Shown: piece after piece, positions 49,080 to 57,994 of the stretch | Layout: each line of letters opens with the position of its first letter | Numbering within the stretch: the first letter of the stretch is position 1 | From: an uncultured Actinomycetota bacterium | GTDB lineage: Bacteria > Actinomycetota > Actinomycetes > Propionibacteriales > Nocardioidaceae | Direction: 5' to 3' | NCBI GenBank assembly: GCA_963701425.1 | Contig: CAVPAG010000015.1 | Span: 171,621-235,620 of the forward strand | DNA length: 64,000 nucleotides | Made by a program: the position numbers and the translations under genes | Notes under the pieces: model-generated | The model's database searches: none | Told to the model about the DNA's origin: nothing | What the model saw: only the letters and a program-made list of their open reading frames with translations

Positions 49080-49202
49080 AGTGTTCCCCTTCGCGAGTGG
49101 CAGCCTGTCGTGACAGACGAGAAGGCCGGTCCGTCGGATGCTGTGCTGAGCTCCACGGACCGGCCTCCTACGTCTTGTCGTCTTCGGGTGAACCCTAGTT
49201 GA

Positions 49203-50018
49203 TCAGGCCCCGACCTCGAAGCGGGCGAACCGCTTCACGGTGACACCGGCCTCGTCGAGCACGGCCTTGACGTTCTTCTTGCTGTCCTGGACCGACGGCT
49301 GGTCGAGGAGGGCGACCTCCTTGAAGAAGCCGTTGAGGCGACCCTCGGTGATCTTGGCGATCGCCGGCTCGGGCTTGCCCTCCTCGCGGGCGGTCGCCTC
49401 GGCGATCTCGCGCTCCTTGGCGACGACGTCGGCGGGGACCTCGTCACGGGAGACGTACTGCGGACGCATCGCGGCGATCTGCATCGCGGCGCCGCGGGCA
49501 GCGTCCTCGTTGTCGCCTTCGTACTCGACGAGCACGCCGACGGCCGGCGGAAGGTCCGAGGCACGACGGTGCATGTAGGTGGTGACCGGGCCCTCGAACA
49601 TCGCGACGCGGCCGAGCTCGATCTTCTCGCCGATCTTGACCGCGAGGCCCTCGACGGTCTCACCGACGGTCGAGTCACCGAGCTTCACGCCCTTGAGCGT
49701 CTCGACGTCGCCGGCCTTGGCCCCATCGGCAGCCTCCGCGACCTGCTGGGCGACCGCGACGAACTCGTCACTCTTGGCGACGAAGTCGGTCTCGCAGTTG
49801 AGCTCGATGAGCGCGCCGCCCGCGTTCGCGACCAGCCCGGCGGAGGCGGTGCGCTCGGCGCCGCGCTTGGCCGCCTTCTGACCGCCCTTGATGCGGAGGA
49901 TCTCGACGGCCTTGTCGAAGTCGCCGTCGGCCTCCTCGAGGGCCTTCTTGCTGTCCATCATGCCCGCGCTGGTGAGGTCGCGGAGCCGCTTGACGTCTGC
50001 GGCGGAAATGTTCGCCAT
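49203..50018 (-). CDS. tsf: Translation elongation factor Ts
   Basis: From ATG 50018: [42 protein letters not shown] (UBA-like N-terminus of EF-Ts). Confidence 0.96.
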   Translation of the reverse strand: MANISAADVKRLRDLTSAGMMDSKKALEEADGDFDKAVEILRIKGGQKAAKRGAERTASAGLVANAGGALIELNCETDFVAKSDEFVAVAQQVAEAADGAKAGDVETLKGVKLGDSTVGETVEGLAVKIGEKIELGRVAMFEGPVTTYMHRRASDLPPAVGVLVEYEGDNEDAARGAAMQIAAMRPQYVSRDEVPADVVAKEREIAEATAREEGKPEPAIAKITEGRLNGFFKEVALLDQPSVQDSKKNVKAVLDEAGVTVKRFARFEVGA

Positions 50019-50104
50019 GGGTCTGTTCGTCCCTCGTGGTTCGTCGGTGGAGTCTGGGTCTGGGCTGCGGCGGTGGTTCCTCACGGCCGCGGGCGGGTGG
50101 TGGC

Positions 50105-50134
50105 GGGTACGACGGTCAGGCGACCGTCGTACCC
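50105..50134 (-). terminator. Perfect 13-bp-stem hairpin GGGTACGACGGTC-AGGC-GACCGTCGTACCC between rpsB and tsf (terminator/attenuator candidate)
   Basis: Read directly from the sequence. The last 6 codons of the rpsB ORF as it stands are made of this hairpin, which argues that the true stop lies upstream (see findings). Confidence 0.6.
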
Positions 50135-51120
50135 ACCCTCACCTGGGTGTTCGTCAGGCCTTCTCGGCGTCGCTGACGGGGGCGTCGCTCACGGGGGCGT
50201 CGCTCGACGGGGGCGTCGCTGACGGGGGCGTCGCTGGGGGCAGCGGCCTCGGTGGCCTCGGAGGAGGCGCCGGTCCCCTCGGCGGCCGGGGTCTCGCTCG
50301 CCGCGTCGCCACCGGTGGCTGCAACGGCGGCCTTGTCGGCGTCGCCCTGGAGGAGCTCACGCTCCCACTCGGGCAGCGGCTCCTCGGCGCCGAGCTCTGC
50401 ACCGGTCGCGGCCTCGCCGGACTTCGCACCCGAACGGGCCATGAGGCCGTCGGCGACGGCGTCGGCGACCACGCGGGTCAGCAGCGAGACGGCGCGGATG
50501 GCGTCGTCGTTGCCCGGGATCGGGAAGTCGACCTCGTCCGGGTCGCAGTTGGTGTCCAGGATGCCGATGATCGGGATCCGGAGCTTGCGAGCCTCCTCGA
50601 CCGCGAGGTGCTCCTTCTTGGTGTCGACGATCCACACCGCGGAGGGGGTGCGGGTCATGTCGCGGATGCCGCCCAGCGTCTTGTCGAGCTTGACCTGCTC
50701 GCGCTTCATGTGCAGCAGTTCCTTCTTGGTGCGACCGCTGCCCGCGACGTCGTCGAAGTCGATCTCGTCGAGCTCCTTGAGGCGGTTGATGCGCTGGTGC
50801 ACCGTCTGGAAGTTGGTGAGCATGCCGCCGAGCCAACGCTGGTTGACGTAGGGCATGCCGACGCGGGTCGCCTGCTCGGCGATCGCCTCCTGGGCCTGCT
50901 TCTTGGTGCCCACGAACATCACGGTGCCGCCCTTGGCGACGGTCTCCTTGATGAAGGCGTAGCTGCGGTCGATGTAGGCCAGCGACTGCTGCAGGTCGAT
51001 GATGTAGATGCCGTTGCGCTCCGTCATGATGAAGCGCTTCATCTTCGGGTTCCAACGGCGGGTCTGGTGCCCGAAGTGGACGCCGCTCTCGAGGAGCTGG
51101 CGCATGGTGACGACGGCCAT
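50116..51120 (-). CDS. rpsB: 30S ribosomal protein S2 with an acidic/Ala-rich C-terminal extension; the 3' end is affected by a 1-nt indel inside a pentapeptide repeat
   Basis: From ATG 51120 (AGGAGG SD): [27 protein letters not shown].... The tail reads (SDAPV)x2 and then switches to [16 protein letters not shown].... The other frame continues (SDAPV)x2-SDAEKA-stop at 50154. Confidence 0.93.
   Translation of the reverse strand: MAVVTMRQLLESGVHFGHQTRRWNPKMKRFIMTERNGIYIIDLQQSLAYIDRSYAFIKETVAKGGTVMFVGTKKQAQEAIAEQATRVGMPYVNQRWLGGMLTNFQTVHQRINRLKELDEIDFDDVAGSGRTKKELLHMKREQVKLDKTLGGIRDMTRTPSAVWIVDTKKEHLAVEEARKLRIPIIGILDTNCDPDEVDFPIPGNDDAIRAVSLLTRVVADAVADGLMARSGAKSGEAATGAELGAEEPLPEWERELLQGDADKAAVAATGGDAASETPAAEGTGASSEATEAAAPSDAPVSDAPVERRPRERRPRQRRREGLTNTQVRVGTTVA
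50166..50240. repeat. Tandem 15-nt repeat (GGCGTCGCTSACGGG) x4.8, encoding SDAPV on the minus strand; the third unit is 16 nt
   Basis: Units at 50166-50180, 50181-50195, 50196-50211 (16 nt), 50212-50226, and a partial unit 50227-50240. Confidence 0.9.
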
Positions 51121-51533
51121 GCCGATCGTTCCTCCTGCTGTCTGTGACCCGCGCACGGAAACACGCACGCGTGGACCTCACGGTCACCGCGTGCGCCGCT
51201 CAGCGAGCGGGTCGCTCTCAGTTGTCGCAGGGAGACGGGTGTCGCCCTGCCCTGACGCCCGGCGCGTCCCCACCCCTGCGACGATGAAGCCGAGAGGACT
51301 GACGAGGACGACGCCCGTGGATGAGCCGGCGGACCGGCTCGGTCACGGAACGAGCGTGCGAAGTACAACCAGCGCTGTTCGCACGGGTTGCCACCCGCGA
51401 GTCTAGACGAGACCTGCCCGAGGGGGCGAATCGAGCCGGCCGCCTCCCGTCCCCAGCGGCCGCGGGCGCCGTCCCGTCCCCAACCGCCCCGACGAGGGTG
51501 GGTACGCCGGCCGGCCCGCTCGATGCTCAGGGC

Positions 51534-52350
51534 ATGACCACCACCGTCGCACGCCTCGGCCTGCTCGCCACCGCCACGCTCATCCTCGCCGCGATCCCCT
51601 CCCCTGGCTCGGCCGCCTCCCCCTGTCTCGGCCACCTCCCTCGTCGGGACTTCCAGGTGGCACGCGACCACATCGAGCCGTTCACCCGGGCCGGCGGCTG
51701 TTGAGAAGCCGCCGGGGGCGAAGGGGTCGCTGCGGTCGTCGGCGGCAACGGTGGTGGCAGGGACGCTCGAGACACCGAGCACCGGAGTCTGGCCGTTGGA
51801 CCCGAAGCCGGAGGTCGTCTCCGGCTTCGACCCGCCGTTGTCCACCTATGGCTCGGGACACCGGGGAGTCGACCTCGCGGGCACGGCCGGGCAGGAGGTC
51901 CGGGCCGCTGCGGGGGGCCGGGTCACCTACGCCGGGTCACTGGCCGGACGCGGCGTGGTCGTGGTCAGCCATGGGACGACCCGGACCACCTACGAACCGG
52001 TCGAGCCCGGCGTCGAGCGGGGCAGCATCGTGCCCGCCGGGGCGGTCATCGGGACGCTCCAGACGTTCGGCAGCCACTGTGCGCCACGGGTCTGCCTTCA
52101 CTGGGGGCTGATCGAGGGCGAGACCTACCTCGACCCCCTGACTCTGGTCGGCGCCGGCCCCGTACGTCTCCTGCCGCTCGGCGGGACCTTGTCCCGCGGC
52201 CGACTCCGGCCAAGGCGCGCGCTTCGTCGGGCAGGGGGCGGCGTAACCGTCTCAGAACGCGGCGCCTGGGCACGGCGCATCGGACCGCGTCCCGGTTCGC
52301 TGGTCGCCGGCGCTGGTGTACGGGCGACTTACCGGAGAGTGATCCAGTAG
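51534..52350 (+). pseudogene. M23 family peptidase; the signal peptide and catalytic domain lie in different frames (apparent frameshift near 51695-51705)
   Basis: Frame A from ATG 51534: MTTTVARLGLLATATLILAAIPSPGSAASP... stops at 51702-51704. Frame B (track ORF 51751-52350) carries ...GVWPLDP...YGSGHRGVDLAG...CLHWGLIEGETYLDPL. Frame B has no ATG/GTG/TTG upstream of 51751. Confidence 0.7.
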
Positions 52351-52889
52351 CGGCGTTTGCGACCGACCTCGGTTTTCCGGATGTCCTCGAGCACGCCGCC
52401 GTTGCGCTCGATGGTCCGCGCCGACGCGATGTTGTCGTCAGAGCAGGTCACGAGAACCCTGTCGAGACCGAGGACGCGAGCCTCGGGCAGCACCGCCCGC
52501 AGAGCCCAGGTCGCATGGCCGCGCCCGCGCGCCGAGGGTCTGATGCCGTACCCGATGTGGCCCCCGGCCTCGAGCAGGAAGTCGTTGAGACCGTGCCGGA
52601 GCGTGATGGCGCCGATGTATGTGCCCGCCTGACTGATCCACCAGTACGTCGCGTGCACCTTGCCCGGTTCGGGCTGGATCGCCGTGTCCGACTCACGGCG
52701 CAGACGCTCGATCCACGCAATGAAACCTTCTCTCGTGTCCAGGTCGAGATCATCGGCGACCCACAGACCGGCCCCGTCCTGGTGCACCCCGCGTCCCCAC
52801 TCGTCGCGGGACTCCAGCCATGAGTCGTGCAGTCTTGGGGTCGGGGCGATCAGCTGCGGCTCGCCGGAGCCGCGTTCTCGGTCGGTCAC
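52329..52889 (-). CDS. GNAT family N-acetyltransferase
   Basis: C-terminal part of track ORF 52329-53681. From GTG 52889: ...IGAITLRHGLNDFLLEAGGHIGYGIRPSARGRGHATWALRAVL...NIASARTIERNGG. The 3' end overlaps the convergent M23 gene by 22 nt. Confidence 0.75.
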   Translation of the reverse strand: MTDRERGSGEPQLIAPTPRLHDSWLESRDEWGRGVHQDGAGLWVADDLDLDTREGFIAWIERLRRESDTAIQPEPGKVHATYWWISQAGTYIGAITLRHGLNDFLLEAGGHIGYGIRPSARGRGHATWALRAVLPEARVLGLDRVLVTCSDDNIASARTIERNGGVLEDIRKTEVGRKRRYWITLR

Positions 52890-52926
52890 GGTTCCGATTC
52901 TGATGGACGGGGACGACAGCAGCCGG

Positions 52927-53934
52927 TCATGCCCGGGGGTGTGCCTGGCGATACGCCTGTCGCAGCCGGTCGGTGGTGACGTGCGTGTAGATCTGCGTCG
53001 TGGCCAGGGAGGCGTGCCCCAGAAGCTCCTGGACTGTTCGCAGGTCTGCCCCGCCCTCGAGCAGGTGGGTGGCGGCCGTGTGCCGGAGACCGTGAGGCCC
53101 GAGGTCCGGGGCGCCCGGGACGTCGGCGAGCCTGGCGTGCACCATCGACCGGACCGCTCGCTGGTCGATCCGGCGTCCCCGAACACCGAGGAACAGCGCG
53201 GGACCCGACCCTGACACCGCGAGCTCCGGCCGACCCGACGAGACCCAGACACTGACGGCCTGCTCCGCGGGCCGTCCGTACGGCACCGTGCGCTCCTTGC
53301 GACCCTTGCCCAGGACGCGCACCACCCGGCGCTCATGGTCCACGTCGTCGACGTCGAGCCCGCACAGCTCCCCCACGCGAATCCCCGTGGCGTAGAGCAG
53401 CTCCAGGATCGCGACGTCCCGCAACCCGACAGGGCTCCCGTCGTCAGCCCGCGTGGCCGCAGCCTCCAGCAGGTCGCGCGCCTCGTCCCGACGCAGCGCC
53501 GAGGGCAGCGTGCGGTGCGCCTTGGGCGACCCGAGCAGCGCTCCGGGGTCCGCCTCGGCGAGCCCGGTCCGCAGTGCCCAGGCGGTGAAAACTCGGACCG
53601 CGGTCGCCCGCCTCGCCATCGTGGTGCGGGCCTTGCCCATGGTCTGCTGCTTGGCCAGCCAGCTGCGCAGTGTGCGGACATCGAGCGAGCCGACCTCGGT
53701 GTGCCCGAGCATCGCGGCGTGCTCGAGCATGCCGGCGACGTCGCCCATGTACGCCCGGACGGTGTGCGGGGTCAGGTCGCGCTCGGAGACGAGGTGCCGC
53801 TCGTAGGTCGCGAGTGCCTCCGCCAGCCGCTCGGGCAGCCCGGATCCCCCGGGTTCGCGGGGATCGGGCTCCGCGAGGTCGCGTTCGACAGACTCGGTCT
53901 CTGCCGCCCGCTCCTGCTCCTCGCTGGTCGTCAC
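52927..53934 (-). CDS. xerC: Tyrosine recombinase XerC (chromosome dimer resolution)
   Basis: The catalytic region ...[39 protein letters not shown] and the conserved position between rpsB and dprA. Confidence 0.9.
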   Translation of the reverse strand: MTTSEEQERAAETESVERDLAEPDPREPGGSGLPERLAEALATYERHLVSERDLTPHTVRAYMGDVAGMLEHAAMLGHTEVGSLDVRTLRSWLAKQQTMGKARTTMARRATAVRVFTAWALRTGLAEADPGALLGSPKAHRTLPSALRRDEARDLLEAAATRADDGSPVGLRDVAILELLYATGIRVGELCGLDVDDVDHERRVVRVLGKGRKERTVPYGRPAEQAVSVWVSSGRPELAVSGSGPALFLGVRGRRIDQRAVRSMVHARLADVPGAPDLGPHGLRHTAATHLLEGGADLRTVQELLGHASLATTQIYTHVTTDRLRQAYRQAHPRA

Positions 53935-54078
53935 ACGCCGAGGTTACGTCTCACGACCCCGGCGTCCGCGGTTCTCCGGCCGCAGACGGCGGCGTGGCGT
54001 ACACGCGACCCGCATCCGCTCAGCGGTTCTACGCGTGGATGACTCGCGCTGCTGTCGGGGATCGCCGTGCGGGCAGCG

Positions 54079-54628
54079 TCACGTGGAAGGGCGTGCCGGG
54101 GACGATGTGAGCCGCGCCTCCTGGTCGGGCCGAGGCGGCCAGTCGCGATACGGAAGCGAGGTGAGTCGGAAGCCCACCTTCCACGCGATGACGAGCCCAC
54201 CAGAACGGGAGCAGCAGGCAGAAGAGGACGTCTCGCTTGCGGAAGCTGACGCGGCGGTAGGCCGGTAGGAGAAGCACGCCGGGAAGGCCACTCGCCAGCA
54301 GGTCGATCCGTGTCCGCCACGAACCACCGTCGCCTCGGGGGTCCGCCGGTGCGCCGGTCGTTCACGGCCAGAAAGATCGCGAGGTCGCGAACCACGAACC
54401 TCGGCTGCCCGGCGTGGCAGCAGCCGATCGGTGAGCGTCTGCGTGTCGGCAGCGAGTGCGCACCTCGCTGTCGGCCGACGGCACCACGGTGCGCTTGCAT
54501 GCGGGGCAGTCTGGCGGTGGCATCGCAGGCGGCCGTCGTACTGGGCCGTAGTCGTCCCGACGGCAGCCGTCGACGGCCGCCAATGTACGAGGCTCACGTC
54601 GGGCACCTCGTCGCAAGCCGTCCGGCAC
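54079..54628 (-). pseudogene. Possible decayed or multiply frameshifted gene (CPxC motif plus hydrophobic segments); no intact ORF
   Basis: Protein-like, GC3-rich stretches occur in three minus-strand frames: 54511-54449 DCPACKRTVVPSADSEVRTRC; 54425-54309 GCCHAGQPRFVVRDLAIFLAVNDRRTGGPPRRRWFVADT; 54307-54197 IDLLASGLPGVLLLPAYRRVSFRKRDVLFCLLLPFWW; 54195-54079 LVIAWKVGFRLTSLPYRDWPPRPDQEARL...stop. Confidence 0.3.
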
Positions 54629-54664
54629 AGCCTCGTCCCAGCGCCACGCGTTTCCCCCGCCTCC

Positions 54665-55792
54665 TCAGCCCGGCACCTCCTCCGCGCGCCGCCACCCCGC
54701 CGTCGTCCGTTCCACGAGGCCGAGCTGCTGCAACCGCTCCATCGCACCCGAGACATCGCGTGCGGCAACACCGGCGGTCCGCGCGATGGAGTCCGCGCCC
54801 GCAGGCCGAAGCGCCGGGACCGCGTCGAGCACCTGTCGCTCGCGGTCGCTCAGCCGGTCCGTGACGAGCACCGGTGCCCGCGGGACCTCGCTCAGGAAGG
54901 ACCCGCTCGGCGAGAGAAGCTCGAGCACGTCCTGCCCCCGGGTGACCAGGGCCGCACCCCGGCTGCGGATCAGCTCGTGCACACCCTGCGAGGGTGCGCT
55001 GGTCACCGGACCCGGGACGCCCATGAGGACGCGGTTGAGCCGTGTCGTCCAGTTCGCGGTGTTGAGGGCGCCGCTGCGCACCGCCGCCTCCACCACGACC
55101 GTGCCCTGCGCCAGTCCCGCGATGATCCGGTTCCGGGAGAGGAAGCGGACCCGTGTCGGAGCGCATCCAGGCGGCAGCTCGGAGATCACGAGACCGGTGT
55201 CAGCGATGTAGTCGAGCAGGTTCCGGTGCGCCGACGGGTATGCCCGGTCCACGCCGCACGCGAGGACAGCCACCGTGAGGCCCTTCGTCGCCAGTGCTCC
55301 GCGGTGAGCTGCCTGGTCGATCCCGAAGGCTGCCCCCGAGACCACAGTGAAGCCGTTCTCCGATACATGGGCGGCGAGGTCGGAGGCGACGGCGGCGCCG
55401 TACGTGGTGGCCGACCGGGACCCGACGACGGCCGCGGCGTGGCTGGTTGCCTCGTCGAGGCGGAGCGCGCCCTTCACCCACAGACCGAGCGGTCTGCCAC
55501 CACGCTCCTGCAACGGCTCGGCCCGGTCGAGGTCGTCGAGGGCATGCGGCCACTCGTCGTCCTCGGGGCAGACGAACCGGATGCCCTGAGCCTCGGCCTC
55601 CTCGAGCTCCCGCTCCGGCTCCAGCCCGCGCAGGCGGGCCGCCACGTCGGTGTAGACGCCGGCGATGTCCTGCTCCTCGCGGAGCAGCTCGAAGACCCGG
55701 TTCGCGCCGAGGCGGCCGACGAGCACCCCCAACCGCATGTCGCCCGGCTCGCTCAGCCTGCTCAGGGCCGCTCGGGCCACACGCTCGCTCAC
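54665..55792 (-). CDS. dprA: DNA-processing protein DprA (Smf)
   Basis: Rossmann-like SLOG core ...TVVSGAAFGIDQAAHRGAL...VAVLACGVDRAYPSAHRNLL...ISELPPG...FLSRNRIIAGL. GTGA overlap with the comM stop. Confidence 0.9.
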   Translation of the reverse strand: MSERVARAALSRLSEPGDMRLGVLVGRLGANRVFELLREEQDIAGVYTDVAARLRGLEPERELEEAEAQGIRFVCPEDDEWPHALDDLDRAEPLQERGGRPLGLWVKGALRLDEATSHAAAVVGSRSATTYGAAVASDLAAHVSENGFTVVSGAAFGIDQAAHRGALATKGLTVAVLACGVDRAYPSAHRNLLDYIADTGLVISELPPGCAPTRVRFLSRNRIIAGLAQGTVVVEAAVRSGALNTANWTTRLNRVLMGVPGPVTSAPSQGVHELIRSRGAALVTRGQDVLELLSPSGSFLSEVPRAPVLVTDRLSDRERQVLDAVPALRPAGADSIARTAGVAARDVSGAMERLQQLGLVERTTAGWRRAEEVPG

Positions 55793-57378
55793 CCCCCGAC
55801 CGCTTCGAACGAGCTCAGCATCAGAGGCTCACCGGATCGCAGGCGCAACGCCGTGTCGACCTCGGCGAGGTCCGGCTGCACAGCGCCGCGCAGGTCGGCC
55901 ACCGTCCAGGCGAGACGGTGCACCCGGGTCGCCCCACGACGGGTCAGCGTGCCGGCGTACACCCGGTCGTCCACGAGCCGGTCGGCCTCGGCGGGCAGCG
56001 GCCAGCGTTCTCGGAGGACGGGTCCGGGGACCGCGCTGTTGAGCCTCCAACCCGTACCGGCGTACCTCGCTGCCTGGCGTTCCCGCGCCGCGGCAACCCG
56101 AGCCCGGACCACCGCCGAGGTCTCCTTCCTCGCGAGCGGGTCGTCCCTCTCGGTGCGGGTCAGCGGCTCCACGTGGCGGATGATGTCGATCCGGTCCGCG
56201 ATCGGGCCGCTGATCTTGCGGCGGTACTCGCGCCGGCGGACCTCGAGGCACTCGCAGCGGTTGTCGCGGTTCGTGGGGTGGTACTCCCCGCAGGGACACG
56301 GGTTGCAGGCAAGGACGAACATCGTGCGCGCGGGGAAGGTGGCGATCTCCTCCCCTCGGGCGATCGTCACTTCACCGCTCTCCAGCGGCTCCCGAAGCCC
56401 CTCGATGATGTCGGCCTGGAACAGCGGGAACTCGTCGAGAAACAGCGCGCCCGTGTGTGCGCGGCTGACCTCGCCCGGGTGGACCCGCCCGCTACCGCCG
56501 CCGAGCATGCCGGTCCTGGTTGCGGAGTGGTGCGGAGCACGGAAGGGCGGACGGGTCATCACTGTCTGTCCCGGCGGGAGGCAACCGGCCAGCGAGTAGA
56601 TGGCGCTCAGCTCGAGGGCCTCCTCGAGGGTGAGGTCGGGCAGCAGCCCGGGGAGCCGCTCGGCGAGGGTGGTCTTGCCTGCGCCCTTGGGCCCGCTGAG
56701 CATCACGTGGTGGCCGCCTGCCGCGGCGACCTCGAGGGCGTACTTCGCATCAGCCATGCCCAGGACGTCGGAGAGGTCGACGTCCTCGATCCGGTTCTCA
56801 CCTCGCCACGACAGCAGCGGGCCGGGCGAGAGCGGCTGCACCGGCGGGGCGTCCGGGACGGGGTCCCCTCGCAGCAGCGCGACCACCTGGCCCAGGGACC
56901 GCGCGCCGAGCACGGTCATCCCCGGGATCATCGCCGCCTCCTCGGCCTGCGACTCCGGGACCACGACGCAGGAGATGTCGCGGGCGGACGCCGCCATCGC
57001 CATGGGCAGCACGCCAGGCACCGCACGGATCCGCCCGTCGAGGGTGAGCTCGCCGACGAAGACGACTCCTGCCAGCGACGCCACAGGCACCTGCCCCGAG
57101 GCCGCGAGCACGGCTACCGCGATCGCCAGGTCGAAGTGGGGTCCGCGCTTGGGCAGGTCGGCGGGCGAGAGCAGGATCGTCACCCGTCGCGTCGCCGGCC
57201 ACTCGAAACGGCTGTTGGTCACCGCGGACCTGCACCGGTCGCGGGCTTCGCTGATCGACGCGTCGGGCCGCCCGACCATGGCGGTCTTCACCACCCCCTG
57301 CGTCACGTCGACCTGTACGTCGATGACGTGCCCGTTCGCGCCCTGCAGCGTGATCGTCCGGGCTGTCGCGAAGCCCAT
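55789..57378 (-). CDS. comM: YifB/ComM family Mg-chelatase-like AAA+ ATPase
   Basis: From ATG 57378: MGFATARTITLQGANGHVIDVQVDV.... Walker A LSGPKGAGKTTLA, Walker B ALFLDEFPLF. ATGA overlap with the yraN stop. The track ORF's 69 extra codons are shadow sequence. Confidence 0.9.
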   Translation of the reverse strand: MGFATARTITLQGANGHVIDVQVDVTQGVVKTAMVGRPDASISEARDRCRSAVTNSRFEWPATRRVTILLSPADLPKRGPHFDLAIAVAVLAASGQVPVASLAGVVFVGELTLDGRIRAVPGVLPMAMAASARDISCVVVPESQAEEAAMIPGMTVLGARSLGQVVALLRGDPVPDAPPVQPLSPGPLLSWRGENRIEDVDLSDVLGMADAKYALEVAAAGGHHVMLSGPKGAGKTTLAERLPGLLPDLTLEEALELSAIYSLAGCLPPGQTVMTRPPFRAPHHSATRTGMLGGGSGRVHPGEVSRAHTGALFLDEFPLFQADIIEGLREPLESGEVTIARGEEIATFPARTMFVLACNPCPCGEYHPTNRDNRCECLEVRRREYRRKISGPIADRIDIIRHVEPLTRTERDDPLARKETSAVVRARVAAARERQAARYAGTGWRLNSAVPGPVLRERWPLPAEADRLVDDRVYAGTLTRRGATRVHRLAWTVADLRGAVQPDLAEVDTALRLRSGEPLMLSSFEAVGG

Positions 57379-57746
57379 CAGGCGACCCCGCGCACGTGAT
57401 CGATCTCGACGGGGCCGCTGGCGGGGACCAGCACCCCGACCAGGTCGATGCGGACCTCGGGCGGACGCAGCTCGTGGTCTGCGAGCCACCTCGCCGCCAG
57501 CCGCCGCAGCCGGGCCGCCTTCTGCTCGGTCACTCCCTCGAGCGGTGACCCGTAGGCGAGCGAGGAGCGGGTCTTCACCTCGCACACGACCAGGATCCGC
57601 CCCTGTCGCAGGACGAGGTCGATCTCGCCGAGGTCACACCGCCAGTTCCGGTCGAGCAGCACCATGCCCTGCTCGATGAGATGCTTTGCGGCGAGCACCT
57701 CGCCGTGCGCTCCGAGCGCGGAGCGCTGTCGTGCAGTCGTTGTCAT
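57378..57746 (-). CDS. yraN: YraN family endonuclease-like protein (UPF0102)
   Basis: A 122-aa ORF, ...GEVLAAKHLIEQGMVLLDRNWRCDLGEIDLVLRQGRILVVCEVKTR..., with conserved synteny with comM/dprA. Confidence 0.88.
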   Translation of the reverse strand: MTTTARQRSALGAHGEVLAAKHLIEQGMVLLDRNWRCDLGEIDLVLRQGRILVVCEVKTRSSLAYGSPLEGVTEQKAARLRRLAARWLADHELRPPEVRIDLVGVLVPASGPVEIDHVRGVA

Positions 57747-57994
57747 CGCGAACCTCCTGGCCGAAGGTTCGCGCAGGACCGGGCCGGTGCCCTACCGGCT
57801 GTCGCGCGGCTGAGGACAGCCCTCGACGGACGTCGCCTGTGGACGAAACCCGGCCGCCTGGTGCACGGAACCCGGCCTGCAAGCCGACCCCGGGACCCGG
57901 ACAGTCCCTGGCACACGGGGCTTCACGGTCGTGAGCCGACCAGCGCAGTTCGCCTGTGTCAGGAGGCGGCGGCGTCAGACGGCGGCGACGACCC

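Noticed and set aside
50166-50240. Tandem repeats here and at 31592-31624 as a possible CRISPR array.
   Set aside because: The units are contiguous with no spacers, only 12-16 nt long, and one lies inside the rpsB coding tail. No cas genes are present.
51417-51435. Annotating a ydaO/c-di-AMP riboswitch upstream of the M23 peptidase as a feature.
   Set aside because: Only one GGGGCGAAUC-like half-site was found by eye. The pseudo-symmetric second half and other conserved elements were not seen, so a covariance-model search is needed. It is left as a low-interest lead.
52927-53934. The tyrosine recombinase as the integrase of a mobile element or genomic island.
   Set aside because: It sits in the conserved rpsB...xerC...dprA housekeeping context. 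It is not adjacent to a tRNA gene or to direct repeats, and its catalytic region matches XerC-type dimer-resolution recombinases.
54431-57679. Plus-strand ORFs 54431-56599 (722 aa), 55447-57399 (650 aa) and 56600-57679 (359 aa).
   Set aside because: They are antisense to dprA, comM and yraN, which carry diagnostic motifs. Their translations are Arg/Pro/Gly-rich with no motifs.
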